From IMG/VR virus record IMGVR_UViG_3300019378_000034: 64,000 nucleotides of DNA; one strand, 5' to 3'. The DNA comes from an uncultured virus (IMG/VR IMGVR_UViG_3300019378_000034) (Duplodnaviria > Heunggongvirae > Uroviricota > Caudoviricetes). Below the pieces are notes generated by a model. The model ran no database searches, had not been told where the DNA came from, and saw only the letters and a program-made list of their open reading frames with translations. Shown here one piece after another: positions 52,917 to 63,064 of the stretch. Position 1 is the first letter of the stretch; each line of letters starts with the position of its first letter. Position numbers and translations under genes: made by a program.

Positions 52917-53530
52917 ATACCGCGCAACTCCTTTGCTAGATTAGTGAAAGGAGTATCTTCAACAGCCTTCTTTGCGCCATTTACATTGGTGCTACTAATG
53001 GGATTGGTAAACATAGAAACAGGGTCAAACTTACCATTTAGAATAGCGTCAACAGTTTTTGCCAGTTCGTCCAGGTTAAAGACCATTCCATTGCTTTCGC
53101 AAGTTTTAGCGGGAGCTTCCTTAGATGCTACTTTTTCAGTTTCAGTTTCAGTTTCAGAGGCCTTGTCTGCACTAGAACAAACATCAACCTTGATTACATT
53201 GGAGGGAGCAATCGCGGCTTTGGCTGATGTAGCAATACTGTTATCGCAGACACCAGTGATAGAAGTACTATCACAAAGGGTTGCAGTGCTGGCAATACCA
53301 TCCACGGTATTGGAGCGCAGAAGACTACCGTTATCGCAGGTCACGGTACCATAATAGGGGGTATTGGTAACAGTAATACTAGGAGAGGTCCAAGTCCAAT
53401 AATTGCTCTTGGCATGGTTTTCACCATCAGTATAACCTTCACGATAAGTTTCGTTCAACAGCTTTTCCAGTTCACAACGAGTGAACTCAATCTTACCTGC
53501 TCTGTTAGTTTTAAATACTTTTACACTCAT
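52913..53530 (-). CDS. hypothetical Ser/Thr-rich protein
   Basis: AAGGAG RBS, 205-aa ORF. Confidence 0.65.
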   Translation of the reverse strand: MSVKVFKTNRAGKIEFTRCELEKLLNETYREGYTDGENHAKSNYWTWTSPSITVTNTPYYGTVTCDNGSLLRSNTVDGIASTATLCDSTSITGVCDNSIATSAKAAIAPSNVIKVDVCSSADKASETETETEKVASKEAPAKTCESNGMVFNLDELAKTVDAILNGKFDPVSMFTNPISSTNVNGAKKAVEDTPFTNLAKELRGI

Positions 53531-53535
53531 TTTAA

Positions 53536-54234
53536 TTACTCCTTTGCTTCGTCAGCTTTTTCTTCATAACAAATCAGTTCTTTTGCATAGGGAAGAGTTT
53601 CAATCCACTTACAGAAAGCTCTCCATTCAGGAAGACGATGATTACGTCTCTGGCGCCAGATATTCTTTAGACAACGATAATTAGTTGTCAGACGGGCAGT
53701 TAGCATAAAGCCCGCAGGATTAGAATATAGAATCTCAAGATATTTCTGAGTAATTAGCTTCTTTAGACGCTCTCTATTGTATTCATCATCAATAGGAGTT
53801 TGCGCTAATTCAGCAAGTAGCTTATTATGCTGAACTACCTTTTCCTCCATAATCTCAATGATTCGAGGGTCAACATACTCATTATACTGATTACGCAAGT
53901 CAAACTTGGTAATACGATGCATGGTAGACTGACTAGAAACAAATTCCAAGAATCTGTAACGCTCTGCTTCTACCCAAGCCTTATTAGTAAAGGTTAGGTC
54001 AAAAGAAACTCGAATACCAGTTAGGAACTGGTCATGTGCGCCCTGCCAATCAGCGGCATGGGAAAGATTGGTACCACGCTTTAATTCTGACTCACGAGTT
54101 TCTTCCCATTCAGTAGAAGTTCTCATGGGATAGCCAGCAGCGTGGAAGCACTCATCCAAATCATAAATTCTTATGTTGGAAACAATATTGTTAGAAGGTA
54201 ATTTTAGTTCCATTAAATTCTCCTTTTCTCTCAT
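53536..54234 (-). CDS. ThyX/Thy1-like flavin-dependent thymidylate synthase homolog
   Basis: ERYRFLEFVSSQSTMH, NPAGF, NYRCLKNIWRQRRNHRLPEW; start may be the ATG after AAGGAG. Confidence 0.65.
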   Translation of the reverse strand: MREKENLMELKLPSNNIVSNIRIYDLDECFHAAGYPMRTSTEWEETRESELKRGTNLSHAADWQGAHDQFLTGIRVSFDLTFTNKAWVEAERYRFLEFVSSQSTMHRITKFDLRNQYNEYVDPRIIEIMEEKVVQHNKLLAELAQTPIDDEYNRERLKKLITQKYLEILYSNPAGFMLTARLTTNYRCLKNIWRQRRNHRLPEWRAFCKWIETLPYAKELICYEEKADEAKE

Positions 54235-54277
54235 TTTCTATATATATTATATCATAAATTTACCACTTTTTCAAATT

Positions 54278-54532
54278 TTAATCACAGAAACATTCGGCAT
54301 CATCTTCAGCGTTATTTGTATTGTAAGCCTCCCTCATGCCGGCAATATATCCTAAAGTATACTGATGCTTTAAAGCATCTTGCACATTATTCCAACAGGT
54401 TGGAAAAAAGGCGGTCAGAATAAATTCAAAACTTAAATCTACGTCAGTGTCGCCTACATTTTTCTTTACAGAAGCAACCATTCTTTCAACATCTGAAAGT
54501 TTAATTGGCTCAATAGCGATTTTCTGTTCCAT
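54278..54532 (-). CDS. hypothetical protein
   Basis: TAATG coupling to nrdG. Confidence 0.65.
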   Translation of the reverse strand: MEQKIAIEPIKLSDVERMVASVKKNVGDTDVDLSFEFILTAFFPTCWNNVQDALKHQYTLGYIAGMREAYNTNNAEDDAECFCD

Positions 54533-55011
54533 TAGTTCTCCTTTAGATTGATAATATTTTGATTAGAGCTTCCGCGCATTTTAAGAGTTATATCTCTTAA
54601 AGGTTTAACAAAAGGACCATCAATTAAAACATCAACTTCTTTTAAAATCAAAGGTATTTTAGGATCCGGTGATTTTAATAATTCTTCATGATAGTAACCA
54701 GTCCAAAGATAAATTTTTACTTCTGGTAAATGCTGTTTCACATATTGAATAGTCATTAAAGTTAATAAAGTATTTTGTTCGCATAGCGGCTCTCCACCCA
54801 TAATACAAAAACTTCGTTTAATACCATTCTTAGTAAGACCAGCTACTATTTTTCTTAGCACTTCTGGAGTAAATTCCTTACCACCATCAAAATCCCATGT
54901 TTCTGGATTATGACATCCTTCGCAGTGGTGCGGGCACCCCTGTGTGAATAAGGTTACAGACACACCGGGCGCCGCACACATATCATTATAATTTATTCCT
55001 GCATATCTCAT
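54532..55011 (-). CDS. nrdG: anaerobic ribonucleotide reductase activating enzyme
   Basis: GCPHHCEGCHN radical-SAM motif, GGEP, DVLIDGPF, RGSSNQ. Confidence 0.95.
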   Translation of the reverse strand: MRYAGINYNDMCAAPGVSVTLFTQGCPHHCEGCHNPETWDFDGGKEFTPEVLRKIVAGLTKNGIKRSFCIMGGEPLCEQNTLLTLMTIQYVKQHLPEVKIYLWTGYYHEELLKSPDPKIPLILKEVDVLIDGPFVKPLRDITLKMRGSSNQNIINLKEN

Positions 55012-57260
55012 TTATGTTTCACCCTATATTTTACTTCATCTTGCTTGCCACGATTGAAAGCGGTGGTATAATTACCAGTTAAATATCCAGTAACTCTACG
55101 TAATTGTTGGATATGTTCACTGCCACACTCGGGACAATGATCATTAAACTCATCGCAATATCCGCACTCTAAACAAGTATCATTAGGAACATTTACTGCG
55201 AAATAGGGAATATCTTTGTCCATTGCATAGTTAACTAAAGTTTCAAGAGCTTCTAGATTATTTTTAATACCACTATCTAACTCAACATAGGTAATACAAC
55301 CAGCAGAAGAATAACCAGTTAACTGTGATTCAATATCAATCTTTTCAAAGGGATTCATTTCCTTCCATACAGGAACGTGCATGGAGTTAGTAAAGAATTC
55401 CTTGTCACTAACATTCTTGATAACACCATAACGCGCCTTGAACTTTTTTAGAGCAGTATGGCAAAGATTTTCTGCAGGAGTGTAATAAACACCAAAATTT
55501 AGTTTATATTCTTCTTTAAATTCAGCACAACGTTTCTTGAACAAAGCTTCGATTCTTTTTGCTAATTCCATACCCTTTTCTTCAGTATGGTCGCATCCAA
55601 TAAGAATCTGTAAAGCTTCAGCCAATCCTAGCTGACCCATTGCAAGAGTACCATGCTTTAAGGCAGAACGAATACCTTCTTCTGGTACATAGCCAGCCAT
55701 TAGACCATTCTCATACATAAAACGAGCGGAGGCAGGATTCTGAGAGCAAATCCAATTAAAACGTTCAATTAACATATCTTTGGCTTCGTGGATTTTTTCA
55801 TTTAGAATGGCTAAGAAAATATCTTCAACACTTTCGCCCTGCCCCTCAGCTAACCACTCTTCCTTAGCCATCATGGCCAAAGTAGGCAAAATAATGGTTA
55901 CTGGACAGATATTTCCTCGTCCATCCTTTCGCTGACCGAGGCCGTTAATATCGTATCCATTGGCAGTTCTACATCCCATCGTACTGAAATAGGTACAGGG
56001 GTCATTGATGTCGTATCCATCATTGCCAGTCCAGTCAACATTTGCGTAGTTGGGATACAATCTTTGGGCGGTTGAGCGTAATGCGAGTTTAAATAAATCG
56101 TAATTTGGGTCTTCGGGTTCACGGTTTACTCCTTTCATACACTGGAAGATTCCACATGGGAAAATAGATGTTTTGTGTAATTTACCAATACCTTTAATAG
56201 AAACATCAAGTAAAGCCTTGGTAATCATTCTACCTTCTGGCAAAGTACAGGTTCCATAGTTTATAGATGTAAATGGAAGCTGATTACCACTACGTGATTG
56301 TAAGGTGTTAAGATTGTGGTACATAGCTTCAACTGCTTGATATACTTCACGTTCAGTCATTTCAAGAGCATAGGTCCAAGCTTGTGGATGAAGGTCTTTA
56401 AATTCGGTATTATTGAAGCAAATGACACCATTTTCACAACCTTCTTTGGTATTTTTTAACCATCTGTCAAAACGTTCTAGTTTATATTCAGATTTTCCTT
56501 CACAATATCTCATGCCATCTTTTAAATGTTTGGTAAAGCTCTTTCTAACATAAGGAACCATAGTCCAATCTAAGTGAGTTGCACTAACTCCGCCAAACTG
56601 CTGTAAGGATTGCAACTGGAAGATAACAGCAACTAACTGGAAAGCTGTACTTATGGATTGAGCTGGACGTACATCAGTCTGTCTTGTATTGAAACCTTTA
56701 GCCAATAAATCATCAAAGGGAATAGATAAGCAATTATGAGAACCAACGGCATAATGGTCTAAATCATGAATATAAATCATGTTATTCAAGTGATTTTCTT
56801 TAGCCATAGGACTTACAATATAATCAAGCGCATATTTACGTGCAACTGCGCTATTCATTTCACCCATACGGCCACCAAATGAATGTTCATCGACATTTGC
56901 ATTTTGATTCTGAACATTTGCTGCACTTAATTTTTCACCAATGGTGTCCATCAATTCCTTGTAATTATGGCGAGCCATTTCACGCTTATAGCGATAACGA
57001 ATATAAGCTTTCGCCAAATCTGGTTTGGGACCATTGATTAGATTCCATTCTACTAAATCTTGAATCTCTTCAACTGTAATACATTCTACAGTATGATATT
57101 CAAAATAGTTTTCAATACTTGTAGCAACATTTTCAGAAATATACTTAGAGTAAATATTACCATCTACTTCAAGTAACGCCTTATTGATTGCACAAATAAT
57201 TTTATTTCTGTCATAAGGAACTTGAGTTCCATCTCTTTTTACTACAATTACGTTAGTCAT
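55008..57260 (-). CDS. nrdD: class III anaerobic ribonucleoside-triphosphate reductase
   Basis: ATP cone (VVKRDG), YIHDLD, NC, MGCRT, TPAENL, CLEC/CPEC, RRVTGYL glycyl-radical loop; GGAGG RBS before ATG 57260. Confidence 0.95.
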   Translation of the reverse strand: MTNVIVVKRDGTQVPYDRNKIICAINKALLEVDGNIYSKYISENVATSIENYFEYHTVECITVEEIQDLVEWNLINGPKPDLAKAYIRYRYKREMARHNYKELMDTIGEKLSAANVQNQNANVDEHSFGGRMGEMNSAVARKYALDYIVSPMAKENHLNNMIYIHDLDHYAVGSHNCLSIPFDDLLAKGFNTRQTDVRPAQSISTAFQLVAVIFQLQSLQQFGGVSATHLDWTMVPYVRKSFTKHLKDGMRYCEGKSEYKLERFDRWLKNTKEGCENGVICFNNTEFKDLHPQAWTYALEMTEREVYQAVEAMYHNLNTLQSRSGNQLPFTSINYGTCTLPEGRMITKALLDVSIKGIGKLHKTSIFPCGIFQCMKGVNREPEDPNYDLFKLALRSTAQRLYPNYANVDWTGNDGYDINDPCTYFSTMGCRTANGYDINGLGQRKDGRGNICPVTIILPTLAMMAKEEWLAEGQGESVEDIFLAILNEKIHEAKDMLIERFNWICSQNPASARFMYENGLMAGYVPEEGIRSALKHGTLAMGQLGLAEALQILIGCDHTEEKGMELAKRIEALFKKRCAEFKEEYKLNFGVYYTPAENLCHTALKKFKARYGVIKNVSDKEFFTNSMHVPVWKEMNPFEKIDIESQLTGYSSAGCITYVELDSGIKNNLEALETLVNYAMDKDIPYFAVNVPNDTCLECGYCDEFNDHCPECGSEHIQQLRRVTGYLTGNYTTAFNRGKQDEVKYRVKHK

Positions 57261-57450
57261 TAACATCCTCCAAATGATAGCAGAATTCACATTGTCCCTC
57301 TACATAATGATGATTACATTTCTTCTGCAAAGATTCAATTTCATTATTAATTCTGACTACTTCTGGATTTAATGTAAACATACCTGGCACAGTAGCTTCT
57401 TCAAGCTACCAGCGCAATTCATCAATTTTTGCTTTAATCTCTTTTGACAT
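57253..57450 (-). CDS. small Zn-binding protein (TAG=Gln, 65 aa)
   Basis: GGAGG RBS; MSKEIKAKIDELRW*LEE...KCNH...QCEFC; fills the gap and overlaps the nrdD start. Confidence 0.6.
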
Positions 57451-57452
57451 TT

Positions 57453-58583
57453 TCAACCCTCCATCTTGTTGATATAAAATTCATAAAAATCTTCAAAGAG
57501 TTCAGGTTTCTCTTCTCTGACAAAAGCAAACAGTTCTCGTATTTCTTGTCTGGTCATGGCTTTAGCATAATAGGTTGGCAAGTCATCATAAGTAGCTCGC
57601 GCGAAGTCAAATAAAGTGTCCTCTCCAATACGCTTAAAATAAGTTGATTGTGGAAGACACCGCATACTATTATGATAAAAATTGAACAAATCTAAGACTT
57701 TTTCCCATCTACTGTCGATAAAGAAATTTTCCTCATATTTAAGTGAAAAGAAAACCCTATAGCTACGTGCTTTTACAACCTGATGAAAAATCCGAACAAT
57801 ATATTTATCAAGAAACTCCTGCTGATTAGCAGAAGAAGCAGTGACATAATAATCTAACTGTTTGTAAACGGCCTTTTCTCTTATATAGCCGACGAAATCA
57901 TCGAAAGCATCGTCATCAATAACTCCGTCATATCTAAGAGAATAAAATGTACTATTTGGGCGCAATGAAATCCAATTCAATAAGTCTTGTCCTTGAGTAA
58001 CAGTAGGAGGAAATTTCATTCCCACTCTTGTTGCCCAGCCATCAGTTCTGGCGCGAGCCAACAACTTTTTAACTTCTTCAAAACTGCCTTCGATTTTTCC
58101 TAAATCAAAGTCATGTAACATCAAGTTACGAGCAGTTTTTAGAAACTTAAATTGTCTTGGGTAATCTTCCCAAATTGTCTTCCCATCTAATGACAATCGG
58201 CAATGCTCAGCTTCCATCATGTTTTGAAAAATTTTCTTCTGATCGCGCCCTTTAGAAGCCATAATAGTCTTTTCCATATTTTCATATATAGAAGTGTCTG
58301 GATGCATAATTTCTATTTCTCTTGGTAGTGGTGCATATATTCCATCTGTAAATGCATAACCACCGTACTCAAGATTGGGAATATTTTCAAGTCCCATTAT
58401 AAAGTTTCCATCATCATAGTCTTTTCTTAAAAAGAATTTCTGATGTCGCTCTGGCGTGAAGTAGGGAGATAGTACAACTACCTCCCTCTTTTTCTTGTAG
58501 TAAGCAGAGAGTTTCATCAGTTCTAGATTGAATGGAACTAAAGTATAAGTTGCCATGTCCTAATCATATAAACCAATACTCAT
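57453..58583 (-). CDS. radical-SAM-associated N-terminal domain protein lacking CxxxCxxC (TAG=Gln, 376 aa)
   Basis: MSIGLYD*D...FNLELMKLSAYYK; ATGA overlap with dnaE; TAG at codon 8. Confidence 0.6.
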
Positions 58584-61500
58584 TCTGCTGCCTCCATTCT
58601 TTCGCCCTTGGTGTATAACCAACCATCTTCGGTAACTTCGGTAATAAGCTCAACCAGATGATAAGGAGTCTTATTATATTTCTTTGCTAAGAAACCATCA
58701 GACTGCTTAATACCAGTTACAATAATCTTATTACCACGAGCCAGCCAAGACTTTTCAATAACGTGCTTCTTTCCATCTGCACCTTTTTCGGAAATTTGCT
58801 TGTCATAATGAGAAAATACTTGGCCAAAAATCTTAACAGTTACAACTCCGCTTGTAGTTAGAAGTGTAACAGTTTTCTTGTTCTTATCTTTATCCAAAAT
58901 TGTACCTGCAATTCGATACAATTTGAAAATAGGGATTTGGCGCCCTTTAATTGGAATGATTCTTTCAACTACAGGAGTTTCCGGAATCTTGTCAAAATCA
59001 GTAATGTCATAAGCTCTTGTATTTACATGGGCCAATTCATGCTCGTGAGAATAGAAAGATACTGCATCCATTTCCCACTTACTCAAACTACCTTGGCAAT
59101 ACTTATTCCACATATCGCTTGTCAAGCGATTATTTACTTCCTCAAGCAAAGTTGCAGAATTTTCTTTTACCCAAGGACGAATCTTATCCATATGGCTCTG
59201 ATAAATCTTATCCCAAACTGTTTGCTTGATTAAGAAACCGCTTTCAGACATTTCACTAGGAATTAAATTATCCATATCAAAATGCTTCTCATAGAAATTA
59301 AAAGCGATATTATCAAGAGCATAATAAGTTTCCCACTTTAACTTCTTTACATACTTGTTAAAGTTATAAACTCTACGCTGCATATCATACTTATCTGGAA
59401 TCAAACCAAAATCAATTAACATCTTCATATTCTGAAGAGTAATTCGCTGCTTTGTATCAGAGACACTATTGATGTACTGTCGCATGATTTGCACGCGGTC
59501 TCCAAAGCTATCAAAAGCTCCGGACTTGATAAGATTAATGACTTGAGCCTTGTTGATTTTAACTCTAGAGGTAAGGTCGGCCACAGAAGTGTAAGGACGT
59601 CCATCCATAATTGCCTTGACGAGGTCTTCACCAACTTTTGTAATTCCGCTAAGTCCATATCTAATTGTATTACTCTCTACATCGGGATAGAAGGTAAAAC
59701 TGGACTTGTTGATATCAGGTGGGGCCACATCAACTCCGCTTGACTTGATTTTACCAATAGCCGTTGCGATTTTACCATAATTGGCGGATTTTGTTTTCTT
59801 TTTCTTTTTAGTAGCTGCTGATACTGTCTCTTCATCTTCGTCTTCGTTTTCATCTTCATCCTCTTCCGCGCCGAAATCTTCAAAAGAAGAATATTCGACT
59901 TCTTCATATACATTATCTACTTCTTCTACTTCTTCTTCGTCGTCGTTTTCAGCGCCACCACTATCAGAAATCAAACACGCACAATTCCAGAACATGATGG
60001 GATAATTATATCCTAAGTTCATTTCTTGTAGTGCAATCAAAGAATAAGCAAGAGTGTGAGAAGCATTAAAACCATAACCACGAGAAGTTGCAACTAGAAC
60101 ATTCCATACATAATTGCATAGATTTTTACTCAAGCCTTTCTTTTCTACAGTTTCAAAATATTCCTTCTGCAACTCTTCATAAGCCGCAGGATTCTTTTTA
60201 GCGATTGACTTACGCAGTTTATCTGCCCAAGTCAGGTCAAAGCCACCACATTCAGGCATCTGCACCAACTGCATAAACTTTTCCTGGGACTCAGAAATAC
60301 CATAAGATAGCTTAACAACTGGCTCAAGCAATTTCTGCTCTTCTTTGGTTAGCCCATACTTATCCATTTCATCATACCATAACTGAATATCATTCTTAAA
60401 ACGAGCGAACTTATTCAGCGGCTGCTCAGCGCCTTTCTCCTGCGCCATCAATCGAATAACAGAGTTAAGAACCGCAAGGTCATCAACACTTTGAGGATGG
60501 GTTAAAGCAATACCCTGAATACCAGATTGCTTTTCCATCTGGAACAAAGAATGAATCTCATGGTTCCAAACCATCTGCCACATCTGAGGTGCTTCACGCA
60601 CCAAATTATAAATACCGATAACACTTTCATAAGTGTCTCTCAAAGTTTCTTTCTTTTCAATGTAATTCTGTTCACAAAGCAAATCAAGACAAATATGAAT
60701 TTTATCCATTGCCTCGACAGAAAGTAAGTCGTACTTAATCAGAGAACAATCTTCACAATCATGCAGGTCAAACTGAGTCATAATATCACCATTAGGTGCG
60801 CGCATTAAAGCGGTGGAATTTTCAAAGTCCTCATCAACAAAGATAACGCCACCTGCGTGTTCACCTAAACGACAAACCAGACCTTCAATCTTTTTTGCAA
60901 CCTGCCAAACTTCGGGATAGTTTTCTGTCATTTCATATACAAACTGCTTATTTGGCGCGAAGTCACTTTCTTCATCGCCATAGAATGTTTGGTCGAGAGT
61001 TCTTAACATACCACGGTCAGAAGCAATCATAGAAGCTAGATACTGTGCAATATCAACATCAATACCCAAACCACGGCAAGCAGTCAAAACCGCAGACTTA
61101 GATTTTTCAGTACCAAAGGTTGCAACGTTAGCAACTCTATCTTCCCCATAGACTTTTCTTAGATGGTCCAAAACCTGCTTACGGCGCCCGCCTTCAATAT
61201 CAACGTCAACGTCAAGAACAGATACACGAGCAGGATTAAGAAAACGCCAGGCAAAAGTTTTGGTCGTTTCCCATTGAGGATTAATTTGGGTAATTCCCAA
61301 AAGGTATAGCAGTATGAAACCAACACCAGAACCACGGCCACAGCCTACAAGAGTTCCTGCATTCCAACACTCCTCAATAATCTTTTGTAGATTTAGATAA
61401 TATGCAGACCAATGAGTTTTGTTGACTTCGGAAGAAATCCAAGTCATTTCAAGACATTCATTGATTGCGTCATAGATTTCTTGAGTTTGTAATTTCTTGT

Positions 61501-62569
61501 CTTTGGACAGAGCTAAAGAAATAGCATCACATAAATGATGGTCACCTACATAATCAGACCCCATAAAGGTTTTCATATAAGGAATCTTATCAAACCATTT
61601 ATAAGGTGCAGGTGCGCCAAAAGGTTCACTCCAAGGAAGCTGAGGAATTTTTAGAGGCTTCATCAAGCTATAATCTTCACACATTTCTTTAATATGATGA
61701 ATATTATTATATGCTTCAGTTAATTCTTCTCTGGTCAAACCCATAAAAGATTCAAGCTCTTCAGTATTCATCATATAAGTAGTTGCATAGAAATCATCAA
61801 CTTCTCGATCACCATTCTGAGAGTTCAGATATGCCTTATGAATGGGTTTATCTTCTTTCTTCAAATAATGACTATCAGTTGTAATGATATAGGGGAAATG
61901 GTAAGTATTCGCAATATCAATCAGCGCTCTATTAACATAACGCTGGTCACGGTTTGCTGCAGGTTGAAGTTCTAGATAAAAATTACCAGGTCCAAAAATC
62001 CATTCCATCTGCTCGCACCAAGCGATGATTCTTTCATATAGTTCTTGACTACCAGAATCTCTATGTCTCAGAAGCTGAGTAGGGAGGGCGCCACCAAGAC
62101 AAGCAGTAGTTCCAATAACATGACCTCGATTTTCACCAATGACATCGATTAAATCTTGATAGTAAGTGGGAACTCTACGCATACCTCGTGCCATATAACT
62201 GCGATGCCAAGCTCTAGTAGAAATCTCACGAATTTGTTTATGACCAATTGCATCCTTTGCTAAAAGAACAAAGTGATAATATCTATCATACTCACGATTG
62301 AAATTGTTTGCATTTAGTCCATTACGACAAAGATAAATCTCATTACCAAGAATTACCTTAAAGTCTGGATGTTCTTTTTTTATTTTTTTGTAAATCTTTT
62401 CGACCTTAACTGCGTTGCATACAGCTTCATGGTCTGTTACTGCCACAACTTCATGACCAAGTTCTACGGCATATTCAATCAAATCTTTTTCTTTGATGAT
62501 ACAGTCACGCAAACGTAAGTTAGAATATTGGGTGTGATTATGTAGTGAACCAGGAAAATTTGTCACCAC
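58580..62569 (-). CDS. dnaE: DNA polymerase III alpha subunit
   Basis: PHP motifs (HNHT.YS, VTDH, TTDSHY), GRGSG, LDVDVD, GEHAGG, KYDLL, YGFNASH, C-terminal OB fold; no in-frame TAG. Confidence 0.95.
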   Translation of the reverse strand: MVTNFPGSLHNHTQYSNLRLRDCIIKEKDLIEYAVELGHEVVAVTDHEAVCNAVKVEKIYKKIKKEHPDFKVILGNEIYLCRNGLNANNFNREYDRYYHFVLLAKDAIGHKQIREISTRAWHRSYMARGMRRVPTYYQDLIDVIGENRGHVIGTTACLGGALPTQLLRHRDSGSQELYERIIAWCEQMEWIFGPGNFYLELQPAANRDQRYVNRALIDIANTYHFPYIITTDSHYLKKEDKPIHKAYLNSQNGDREVDDFYATTYMMNTEELESFMGLTREELTEAYNNIHHIKEMCEDYSLMKPLKIPQLPWSEPFGAPAPYKWFDKIPYMKTFMGSDYVGDHHLCDAISLALSKDKKLQTQEIYDAINECLEMTWISSEVNKTHWSAYYLNLQKIIEECWNAGTLVGCGRGSGVGFILLYLLGITQINPQWETTKTFAWRFLNPARVSVLDVDVDIEGGRRKQVLDHLRKVYGEDRVANVATFGTEKSKSAVLTACRGLGIDVDIAQYLASMIASDRGMLRTLDQTFYGDEESDFAPNKQFVYEMTENYPEVWQVAKKIEGLVCRLGEHAGGVIFVDEDFENSTALMRAPNGDIMTQFDLHDCEDCSLIKYDLLSVEAMDKIHICLDLLCEQNYIEKKETLRDTYESVIGIYNLVREAPQMWQMVWNHEIHSLFQMEKQSGIQGIALTHPQSVDDLAVLNSVIRLMAQEKGAEQPLNKFARFKNDIQLWYDEMDKYGLTKEEQKLLEPVVKLSYGISESQEKFMQLVQMPECGGFDLTWADKLRKSIAKKNPAAYEELQKEYFETVEKKGLSKNLCNYVWNVLVATSRGYGFNASHTLAYSLIALQEMNLGYNYPIMFWNCACLISDSGGAENDDEEEVEEVDNVYEEVEYSSFEDFGAEEDEDENEDEDEETVSAATKKKKKTKSANYGKIATAIGKIKSSGVDVAPPDINKSSFTFYPDVESNTIRYGLSGITKVGEDLVKAIMDGRPYTSVADLTSRVKINKAQVINLIKSGAFDSFGDRVQIMRQYINSVSDTKQRITLQNMKMLIDFGLIPDKYDMQRRVYNFNKYVKKLKWETYYALDNIAFNFYEKHFDMDNLIPSEMSESGFLIKQTVWDKIYQSHMDKIRPWVKENSATLLEEVNNRLTSDMWNKYCQGSLSKWEMDAVSFYSHEHELAHVNTRAYDITDFDKIPETPVVERIIPIKGRQIPIFKLYRIAGTILDKDKNKKTVTLLTTSGVVTVKIFGQVFSHYDKQISEKGADGKKHVIEKSWLARGNKIIVTGIKQSDGFLAKKYNKTPYHLVELITEVTEDGWLYTKGERMEAAE

Positions 62570-62598
62570 GCATCTACCTCCTCTCAGTTTATATAAAT

Positions 62599-62627
62599 AT
62601 TATATCATAAATTTATATTTTTGTCAA
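62599..62627 (-). promoter_or_regulatory. sigma-A promoter for dnaE
   Basis: TTGACA-N17-TATAAT with TG extension. Confidence 0.8.
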
Positions 62628-62911
62628 TTATTGAGCAGTTCGTCTAAACCATGGTTAATTATTCTTTGCTTAATAGTTGGCATGAGAACTTCATAGAAAG
62701 TTTTTTCATCAAGTTGTTTATCCAAGATTACGTGTGCATAAGCTGCTCCACGTCTAGACTCGGGAAATCCACTTCGAATATGGAATATGAATAGCTTATT
62801 ACGTATTTCAGTATATTCTTTTGTCTGGATAGTAGTATCAACTTCCATCATATTGATAATTGTGTGATACCATCTAGTAATTCTATCTGTTATAATCAAT
62901 ATCTTAATCAT
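62624..62911 (-). CDS. hypothetical protein
   Basis: 95-aa ORF with GGAG RBS. Confidence 0.6.
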   Translation of the reverse strand: MIKILIITDRITRWYHTIINMMEVDTTIQTKEYTEIRNKLFIFHIRSGFPESRRGAAYAHVILDKQLDEKTFYEVLMPTIKQRIINHGLDELLNN

Positions 62912-63064
62912 TCAGACTCCCATTATTTTAACGGCTCGTTCTATATGCCAAATCGTATAGAGATACCACATTCCATCTTTATCTGCAATAAGAGGGATAA
63001 TAGGAAAGGGGCTTTCTGCTATTACTTTAGGTATATCATATATGTAATTAGAATCCAAGCGCAT
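62912..63064 (-). CDS. small hypothetical protein (50 aa)
   Basis: GAGGTG RBS, MRLDSNY...; fills the gap between recJ and 62911. Confidence 0.45.
   Translation of the reverse strand: MRLDSNYIYDIPKVIAESPFPIIPLIADKDGMWYLYTIWHIERAVKIMGV

Noticed and set aside
58580..62569. Intein or intron in dnaE (nrdD and terL also checked)
   Set aside because: The ORFs are continuous and of ordinary length, with no C...HN splice junctions or LAGLIDADG blocks.
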